A program made the translations under genes and the position numbers. This document shows, piece by piece, positions 54,920 through 64,000 of a stretch of DNA of 64,000 nt (its first letter is position 1; each line of letters begins with the position of its first letter). The notes beneath the pieces were generated by a model. The model saw only the letters and a list, made by a program, of their open reading frames with translations, was not told where the DNA came from and ran no database searches. Source of the DNA: Bugula neritina. Lineage: Eukaryota > Animalia > Bryozoa. Location of the stretch: NCBI GenBank assembly GCA_964035545.1, contig OZ037767.1:879680-943679 (forward strand). The letters are read 5' to 3'.

Positions 54920-55228
54920 TGTATGCGTGCGTGTATAAAGCAATTTGTAGTATTCAAATTAAAATGGGGTTACTAACTACAGAGTAGCTAGTATTTAAGA
55001 CACAACTTGGAGAGGTACTTTAAAATATTTTGTACTGTTGCCAGTTATCAGTTGCTAGTTGCTAGTCACTAGTTGCTAATTGCCAGTTGTTAATTGCCAG
55101 TTACGTTGTTAGGCACAAGAAACAAAAGACTGAGAAGAATAAAGACTACACTTACTGACCTTGAACTCAAAGCCAGGGATCAAAACTCTTCACTGAGAAA
55201 TGCCGTCAGCGACACAGATAAGTTATGA
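51920..55228 (+). CDS. Class A (rhodopsin-like) GPCR, FMRFamide/sex-peptide-receptor-like orphan, 7 exons, ~417 aa
   Basis: Exons 51920-52252, 52629-52783, 53187-53358, 53738-53949, 54376-54531, 54764-54873, 55113-55228. TM1 GVIGNALN, TM2 LLAMGIAD, TM3 SNWCMVALTTFRCLAVVFP, TM4 SVLLNVP, TM6 FILCNLPQ, TM7 NHTANVFLYCFVNKHYR. The last junction is less certain. Confidence 0.82.
53328..53490 (+). repeat. 40-bp x4 repeat spanning the GPCR exon-3 donor
   Basis: Unit GAAACTTTCACTATACTATACTTTATATCAA|GTGAGTGAG, identical copies. Confidence 0.95.
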
Positions 55229-55865
55229 GGGAAATAAGGCTAAGATGAACTAAGAACTTTAGCTGTTATTCTTAGTTTGGTCAAGTTTAGTTTTGTCATA
55301 AATTGATGTTCTAGTAGTTAGAGAAACCGAAAAAACTGAAATTTTCTAGAGCCGTAACGCTGCTGATTTCTTAGCAAATAGTAACTGATTTGGTCCATCA
55401 CTTTCCATTTACTATAGAGAAGATAACTCTGTAATGGCATTCTATCTTCTAAAATAATTTATCCTATTTGCTACAATAATATTAATAGTCCTATAAATTA
55501 AGCACCAAATTATTTATTATATTTTTTCATTCCAAATTTTTGTGTGTACAGATGCCAACAAATAAATTCTATTTTGTCCAGTAATCAAAAATGACAAAGT
55601 AATTTATCAGATAAAACTTAATGAGTATATCTTGCCATCTTCCAAATATGAAAATTATATTAATGGAATATATACATAATATATATTTAGTAATATTTAC
55701 TATATATATTTATTATATATACACAATACATATTTAGTAATATTAATTATATATATTTATTATGTATATTTATTGTTGTTTAAGTGCAGTATCGCAATTT
55801 GAAAAATATAGGTTGTTGTTTTATATATTACTAAAATATTGCAGCTGAGGAATTGACGTTAGCTT

Positions 55866-58628
55866 ATAGTTAGTGTATAATATCAGTATAGTTATTATAT
55901 AATATCAGTATAGTTAGTATATAATATCAGTATAGTTAGTATATAATATCAGTATAGTTAGTATATAATATCAATATAGTTAGTATATAATATCAGTATA
56001 GTTAGTATATAATATCAATATAGTTAGTACATAATATCAGTATAGTTAGTATATAATATCAGTATAGTTAGTATATAATATCAGTATAGTTAGTATATAA
56101 TATCAGTATAGTTAGTATATAATATCAGTATAGTTAGTATATAATATCAGTATAGTTAGTATATAATATCAGTATAGTTAGTATATAATATCAGTATAGT
56201 TAGTATATAATATCAGTATAGTTAGTATATAATATCAGTATAGTTAGTATATAATATCAGTATAGTTAGTATATAATATCAGTATAGTTAGTATATAATA
56301 TCAGTATAGTTAGTATATAATATCAGTATAGTTAGTATATAGTATCAGTATAGTTGGTATATAATATCAGTATAGTTAGTATATAATATCAGTATAGTTA
56401 GTATATAATATCAGTATAGTTAGTATATAATATCAGTATAGTTAGTATATAATATCAGTATAGTTAGTATATAATATCAGTATAGTTAGTATATAGTATC
56501 AGTATAGTTAGTATATAATATCAGTATAGTTAGTATATAATATCAATATAGTTAGTATATAATATCAGTATAGTTAGTATATAATATCAGTATAGTTAGT
56601 ATATAATATCAGTATAGTTAGTATATAATATCAGTATAGTTAGTATATAATATCAGTATAGTTAGTATATAATATCAGTATAGTTAGTATATAATATCAG
56701 TATAGTTAGTATATAATATCAGTATAGTTAGTATATAATATCAGTATAGTTAGTATATAATATCAGTATAGTTAGTATATAATATCAGTATAGTTAGTAT
56801 ATAATATCAGTATAGTTAGTATATAATATCAGTATAGTTAGTATATAATATCAGTATAGTTAGTATATAATATCAGTATAGTTAGTATATAATATCAGTA
56901 TAGTTAGTATATAATATCAGTATAGTTAGTATATAGTATCAGTATAGTTAGTATATAATATCAGTATAGTTAGTATATAATATCAATATAGTTAGTATAT
57001 AATATCAGTATAGTTAGTATATAATATCAGTATAGTTAGTATATAATATCAGTATAGTTAGTATATAATATCAGTATAGTTAGTATATAATATCAGTATA
57101 GTTAGTATATAATATCAGTATAGTTAGTATATAATATCAGTATAGTTAGTATATAATATCAGTATAGTTAGTATATAATATCAGTATAGTTAGTATATAA
57201 TATCAGTATAGTTAGTATATAATATCAGTATAGTTAGTATATAATATCAGTATAGTTAGTATATAATATCAGTATAGTTAGTATATAATATCAGTATAGT
57301 TAGTATATAATATCAGTATAGTTAGTATATAATATCAGTATAGTTAGTATATAATATCAGTATAGTTAGTATATAATATCAGTATAGTTAGTATATAGTA
57401 TCAGTATAGTTAGTATATAATATCAGTATAGTTAGTATATAATATCAGTATAGTTAGTATATAATATCAGTATAGTTAGTATATAATATCAGTATAGTTA
57501 GTATATAATATCAGTATAGTTAGTATATAATATCAGTATAGTTAGTATATAATATCAGTATAGTTAGTATATAATATCAGTATAGTTAGTATATAATATC
57601 AGTATAGTTAGTATATAATATCAGTATAGTTAGTATATAATATCAGTATAGTTAGTATATAATATCAGTATAGTTAGTATATAATATCAGTATAGTTAGT
57701 ATATAATATCAGTATAGTTAGTATATAATATCAGTATAGTTAGTATATAATATCAGTATAGTTAGTATATAATATCAGTATAGTTAGTATATAGTATCAG
57801 TATAGTTAGTATATAATATCAGTATAGTTAGTATATAATATCAATATAGTTAGTATATAATATCAGTATAGTTAGTATATAATATCAGTATAGTTAGTAT
57901 ATAATATCAGTATAGTTAGTATATAATATCAGTATAGTTAGTATATAATATCAGTATAGTTAGTATATAATATCAGTATAGTTAGTATATAATATCAGTA
58001 TAGTTAGTATATAATATCAGTATAGTTAGTATATAATATCAGTATAGTTAGTATATAATATCAGTATAGTTAGTATATAATATCAGTATAGTTAGTATAT
58101 AATATCAGTATAGTTAGTATATAATATCAGTATAGTTAGTATATAGTATCAGTATAGTTAGTATGTAATATCAGTATAGTTAGTATATAATATCAGTATA
58201 GTTAGTATATAATATCAGTATAGTTAGTATATAATATCAGTATAGTTAGTATATAATATCAGTATAGTTAGTATATAATATCAGTATAGTTAGTATGTAA
58301 TATCAGTATAGTTAGTATATAATATCAGTATAGTTAGTATATAATATCAGTATAGTTAGTATATAATATCAGTATAGTTAGTATATAATATCAGTATAGT
58401 TAGTATATAATATCAGTATAGTTAGTATATAATATCAGTATAGTTAGTATATAATATCAGTATAGTTAGTATGTAATATCAGTATAGTTAGTATATAATA
58501 TCAGTATAGTTAGTATATAATATCAGTATAGTTAGTATATAATATCAGTATAGTTAGTATATAATATCAGTATAGTTAGTATATAATATCAGTATAGTTA
58601 GTATATAATATCAGTATAGTTGGTATAT
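55866..58628. repeat. 22-bp satellite (TATAGTTAGTATATAATATCAG)n, ~125 copies
   Basis: Near-perfect tandem array with sparse recurrent variants. Confidence 0.97.
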
Positions 58629-60639
58629 ATTTGGTGGTTTGATTCAAAGTAAAAAGGAATCACTTCACCTCACTTTGAAGTACACCTTTAGCTAAACCTA
58701 CCTCCATTTTACCAGCATACAATCCTTCTACCAACGCAATATTACATAATATTGTACGAGACATAATGGGTGACTCATATATGCCAGCATATTACAATCA
58801 AATAGCTGGTAGGTATGATATATAGCAGTATCGTAGATATATCGTAATCATGCAAGTGTATATATAGGTGTGTTTGGTCTATAGGGTGAAAGATACCTGC
58901 ATTGGTTATAATTAAAATACATCAGCATAAGACAACATTATAACTGCTACAATATTATGTATATTATATTATATATTTTACTATAATATTTTATAATGTT
59001 ATATATTATACTATATAATGTTATATATTATGTCACATATTAAAAAGAACAATTTTAAATTGAAAAGTTGTTTTGAATCCAATAGAGTCTATTTGGCAAT
59101 AGTTTAGCTGCGTTCATTACTCTTACAAATAAAGAAAAAATGCCTTCAATTATGAATAATAATTATAAAGTCATTTAAAAGCTATTAAGTTGTCATCAAA
59201 CTGACAGATTTTTTAGAGTGAGTTCCTATCGAACCATCCTAGATTTTATTACAGAATTATTAATACTGTAATTAATTAACATATTTGTGTGAAAGTTGAA
59301 AATTTGTGATTAATTCTGAAAGTTATTTTTATAAACATTTTGTTAATCAATCTTCTAATACCAGCTTAAATATTTAATATATTAGAAACATAATATAATA
59401 TAAAATAACTATATTACAATGTAGTATGACAATTATATAATATAATACTTATACTATAGTGTATAAAGTATAATACTAAATAATATGATATATATATATA
59501 CACTACAAATACAGCATAGTGTAATATATATAATATAATACAATATAAGGTAGTTTACAAATTTAGTAATGATTAGTGACTCTCTTTTTATAATAGCCAT
59601 TAGTTAGTTGCTATTTGCTATTTATAGTTGCTATATGCTATTTAATAATGCTAAACTATAAACCTATAAAAATTTCGCATTAAATTTTGACCTGTCTTTG
59701 ATGTCTTATAAATTCCATGACTTAGCTTGACTTCTAGCTTACTAAATATGCACAGTATGCTCTATCGTTTGTTGTTGATTGGTATTTCATGTTACATTAC
59801 CTTTGAATTATACAATGAGGCACCTCTGGGTGTCTGTGATGGTCTGGATTATAATTTATAGTTAGAATGGAACTCCTTTATGCACTAAAAGTATAAACAT
59901 AAATTACAGTAGAAGGTATAGTATTATGATATTTGTTTTTTAATCTTGCGATAAATTATAAAGTTTTTGTGGCATTAGTTTAGGCCAACAAAACTAATTT
60001 ATTTTGCAAATAGATTCTGAAAGTTTGCCAATAAATGTGGAGCTAATAGCCATAAGAATATTTTAAATGAAACTCTTCAAATAACCTGCCCTTTGGCAGA
60101 ATTCATTTAGATGTTTATGTTGCTTTAGAGCTAAAACTATATATTAATATAATACTATGACACCATACTATTGCATTACTATAATACTGTATTACTATAA
60201 TACTGTATTACTATAATACTGCATTACTATAATACTGTATTACTATAATACTCAAAAATACTACAATACAATATTATTATATAATACTAAACTACCATAT
60301 AGCTGTAATACTATAATAATATTAAGATATAAATATATATTTCGGTGTTATTACCATTTATATTTTTCCCTTACAAAATAGTTTAGCATCATAAATTTAA
60401 ACAAACAAGTTGAAAGCTTTAGGTGACAAAACTAAGTATATACTAAAAGCAGAAAATAGCTGGCCAGGGATTCAGTGATGATTTTCATAAACAGTAAAAC
60501 GTTAGGTGTCAGTTTTATTTGTCAAGTCAAAGTATGTGCCAAGAATTTTTGAGCACAAAACGAAAAATATTTTGGCTAAAATTTATTGGCTTTTTGCCAA
60601 GGGATCAGATTGCAGAAGATTGAAATATCAAAGCAGCAG

Positions 60640-60780
60640 TTTGAAAGGAGTGACTCAGTTAGCCAATCAGAAGATGGCAAACTTCAAACTCGAATGTGAT
60701 TGGATAATGTAGCCACACCTCTTATTCAATGCAAACCACGAATATAGGCTCAGTCTACTTCTAACGCTTAAAATAAGAGG
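60640..60780 (+). promoter_or_regulatory. Putative promoter/5'UTR exon of the Rh gene
   Basis: TGACTCA (AP-1), AGCCAATCAG (NF-Y) and AAGATGGC clustered at 60652-60680; donor-like GAG|GTAATC near 60780; acceptor CAG at 61570 just before the ATG. Confidence 0.35.
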
Positions 60781-61191
60781 TAATCTAATATACTCTACTC
60801 TTATTTGTCTACCAAAATAGTTGAAATGTTTTTTTTTTAAAATTATCAAGTCTTTTTATGACTTAGCAGTCAGTGTTTTAGTGTGCGATATTTTAAGCTT
60901 ACAAAATTTTCAAATTGCAACTAACCTTTCACGTTTCATGAAAAGATTAATTTTTTAAATGAAAAACATTGTTAATTATCAGAACACAAGAAATATGCTG
61001 GTATTTTGAGTTTGACTCTAACTGTAAACTAGATCTGAGATATCTGAATAAATAACATTATAATACACCTTATACACCTTATAATACACACAAGTATCAA
61101 CTCTTGTCATTGGTTTTCATGTTTAATTATGTGATGCAGTGCCTGCTATTTATTAGTAACAAAACTATTAGCTGCTGCTTTACTGCTGCTG

Positions 61192-61227
<36 letters not shown>

Positions 61228-61579
61228 AACAAATACATTTTATATAAAATAGAAGTAATCAAAATGAGATAAATTTAGCTTTAATTTTTTCCTAATTTTA
61301 TTGAGCTATAAAACTGTACTGTAAGGATATAAAATGTGAATATGACATGAATCATTATTTTATTCTGTGAATTGATATTAAATTTATCTACCTGTTATAT
61401 TACTTCACAATAGTAAAAAAAATTATTCACCTGGGCATTATTTTATCAATTTTGTGAAATAATAAATTCTACAGAAAAATATGCTAAATAATTAAATTTC
61501 TCGAGATGGCCATATTGTAAATATAAGTAATCTATTGCAAAAATCTAATTTAATTGTTTTTATTGGACAGAGAGACACG

Positions 61580-61709
61580 ATGGCTTGCTGGAAAAGAGGG
61601 AAGTTTGCAGTGACGGTGTTTGCAGTGGAGTTGATCTTTTTGATACTGTTTGGTATCTTTGCTGAGTACAGATATGAGGTGGAGGTGGAGACGCGTTGGT
61701 TCTACCCCA
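61580..61709 (+). CDS. First coding exon of an Rh-family (Rh50/RhAG-like) ammonium transporter; the gene continues beyond the window
   Basis: MACWKRGKFAVTVFAVELIFLILFGIFAEY...WFYP followed by a phase-1 donor A|GTAAGT. Matches the Rh N-terminus (R.KF...Q/E..F.ILFG.F..Y...YP[M/S]FQDVH). Confidence 0.7.
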
Positions 61710-62169
61710 GTAAGTATATGGACATTGTCCTAAGGCTTTGATCATTATAATATAGTATAATATAGTAGAATATACATAATATAATATATTATAGTATAGT
61801 ATAATATAATGTAATGTAATGTAGTATTATGATATAAAACTATAACTTGTATTATTGTTGTTACTGTATTTGTAATGCATGTAAAGTAAACTATAACATA
61901 TTCATATTGTATATTATACATTGTATATTATATATTGTATATTATATATTGTATATTATATATATTGTATGTATTTTACATTACAATATACAGAGAATCA
62001 TATTGTATATTATATATTGTTTGTGATGCCTTTAGTACGTTATAAACCATACTATACTAAAAAGATATTAGATTATATATCCCCGTCCATGTATAACATT
62101 TACCATCTGCTAACTCCCACAGATAAAATAAATTAACCTAAGAAACCCTATGGCATAAAACATTACATA

Positions 62170-62218
<49 letters not shown>

Positions 62219-62313
62219 TACATACTCACTTGTACTGCATAGTATATAGTACTATACTAAGATATATAAATTACCTATACTGTACATTATATAGTAATAT
62301 ATACTTACTAACT

Positions 62314-62548
62314 AAAGGAGCAGCCGTGGTCTAGGGGTTAGAGCTGGTCTAGGGGTTAGAGCGTTTGCCTAGTAAACACGGGGGTCATGGGTTCGAGCCC
62401 TGACAAAGGCCATTGGTGATGTTAGGAAGAGCATCCAGTCATAATTGCTCCTGTGCCTCATTTAAATAAGTCCTTAGCCCGCTTTAACAAAAACCCTTTC
62501 TATTAGGGGTTTCTCACAGGGATAGCGACTATAAACTTGCGTGAGTTC
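62314..62548 (+). mobile_element. tRNA-derived SINE
   Basis: A box TGGTCTAGGGGTTAGAGC (tandemly duplicated), B box GGGTTCGAGCCC, non-tRNA body (AGGAAGAGCATCCAG...), 14-bp TSD TATACTTACTAACT (62300-62313 and 62549-62562). Confidence 0.8.
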
Positions 62549-62939
62549 TATACTTACTAACTGAGCACTGCATATTCTATTGTATAGCAGATTAAAACAT
62601 AATAAGGGACTAAAGACAGTTTAATTGTATGAACTAAAATATTTGACGATGCTGTATCTACAACCATGTTGGGAATTCTGATGGTTACAACATTGTCATC
62701 TTTCTTTAGCATGCATTGCATAATTCTCCAATCAGCTTCGTCAGTTTAAATTAGGTCAACAATAGTGTAAATTAGGTCAGCAAGCATTAGAATTCTATGA
62801 CAGCTAGCAAAAAGATTGAAGGTTTTCCTAAAATAGAAAATAATATTTACTAACAGTTGAAGGAATTTTTTAAAACACACCCTGATGACACTTGAGATAA
62901 ATATTTAGAACAGTTCATTTCACAGCCTACTAGTTTCTC

Positions 62940-63238
62940 ATACTCTCTATGTTTTATACTCTATACTCTATATGTTCTATACTCTATACTCTATACTCTC
63001 TATGTTCTATACTCTATACCTACTCTATATGTTCTATACTCTATACTCTCTATGTTCTATACTCTATACTCTATATTCTATACTCTCTATGTTCTATACT
63101 CTCTATGTTTTATACTCTCTATGTTTTATACTCTATACTCTATATGTTCTATACTCTATATTCTATACTCTCTATGTTCTATACTCTCTATGTTCTATAC
63201 TCTATACTCTATATGTTTTATACTCTATATTCTATACT
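62940..63238. repeat. TATACTC/TATGTTC microsatellite
   Basis: Directly visible. Confidence 0.9.
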
Positions 63239-64000
63239 TTGTGCTCTTCATTCCACATTACCATATATGCAGTACTAACATTGTCTAATTTTCTATTTTC
63301 TAATATCACAGCACCAATAAGGTGAACCTCCACCTAATTCTAAGTGCTAAAACCCCATTCATATAATATGTGTGAAATGGGGACATATGTACTGAAGCAC
63401 AACTTTGCAGAATTTACATGTTAGTTGAATGCAACTGAAATGTCCATAACTATTGAAATGATTATGCCCAGTAGACTGGTAGCAATTTAATAATTATTTA
63501 AATAATGCTTGCCCTTGTTCATCACGTAACTGAGTCGTGCTGCGAGTTACTTACTAGCTACCAGGTATCAAAGGAAAGTTTAAGCATCGATAGACAAGAT
63601 CTGCGAAAATGTAATTTTAAACAAGTGTAAGAAATTGTGATTACTTATAAAAAAGTTCATAACTATGTAAAGTATTTTAATAGCTATGTTACAGTTTTTA
63701 GAATTGTATAGCAAGTTGTTCTTTTCATGATACTGGTTTTAATAAATTGAAACTTCCTTGCAATGAAGCAAATTTACTTCCCATTAAAGCTAATCATTAC
63801 ACTCATAGCTATTTGAAAGTTACAGCTGTTACACTTTCGCTTTAAATAGCCATGATGTTGCAAATGGCAGTAGAATTTTAGTAGTTCACTTTCTTATTAA
63901 ATGAGTATAATGTATTGCTCTAGCATTAGATGAATAAAGTACGTAATGTTGAATAATACGGAATTGTTGCAAAGACTATAGATGAAGCTTAGAGCAACAA

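Noticed and set aside
54829-55158. Alternative GPCR last junction (donor at 54830, phase 2)
   Set aside because: Possible, but the donor at 54874 gives a longer Ser/Thr-rich tail typical of GPCRs; this cannot be settled without cDNA.
62318-62405. tRNA gene
   Set aside because: Duplicated A box, no proper acceptor stem or T-run terminator; it continues into a SINE body and is flanked by a TSD.

Overview
This is eukaryotic (invertebrate animal) genomic DNA: AT-rich, intron-dense and unusually full of micro/minisatellites. The species cannot be determined from the sequence. I reconstructed five complete spliced genes by hand with consistent exon phases, plus the first exon of a sixth: a 20-exon ZNF541/TRERF1-family C2H2-ELM2-SANT corepressor (+, 941-32656, ~1633 aa); peflin (+, 35071-38393); a secreted chitin-binding-like/EGF/Pro-Thr/EB-module protein (-, 41404-39054); an ADAM10/kuzbanian-like protease with a CUE-like tail (+, 42198-48968); an orphan FMRFamide-receptor-like GPCR (+, 51920-55228); and exon 1 of an Rh ammonium transporter (+, 61580-61709). 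Mobile DNA comprises two copies of a hAT-type MITE with 8-bp TSDs (one carrying a nested foldback MITE) and a tRNA-derived SINE with a 14-bp TSD. There is also a 2.8-kb 22-bp satellite. The most striking unexplained pattern is a set of about ten intronic tandem arrays whose repeat unit is a copy of the adjacent exon-intron junction. They create stacks of 4-15 near-identical 5' or 3' splice sites. In nearly all of them only the exon-proximal copy keeps the ORF; in peflin all six acceptors are in frame. Also found: an in-phase intronic alternative first exon with PxDLS-like motifs, a probable GC-AG intron, and a perfect 22-bp hairpin. Most ORFs in the supplied track are repeat artefacts.
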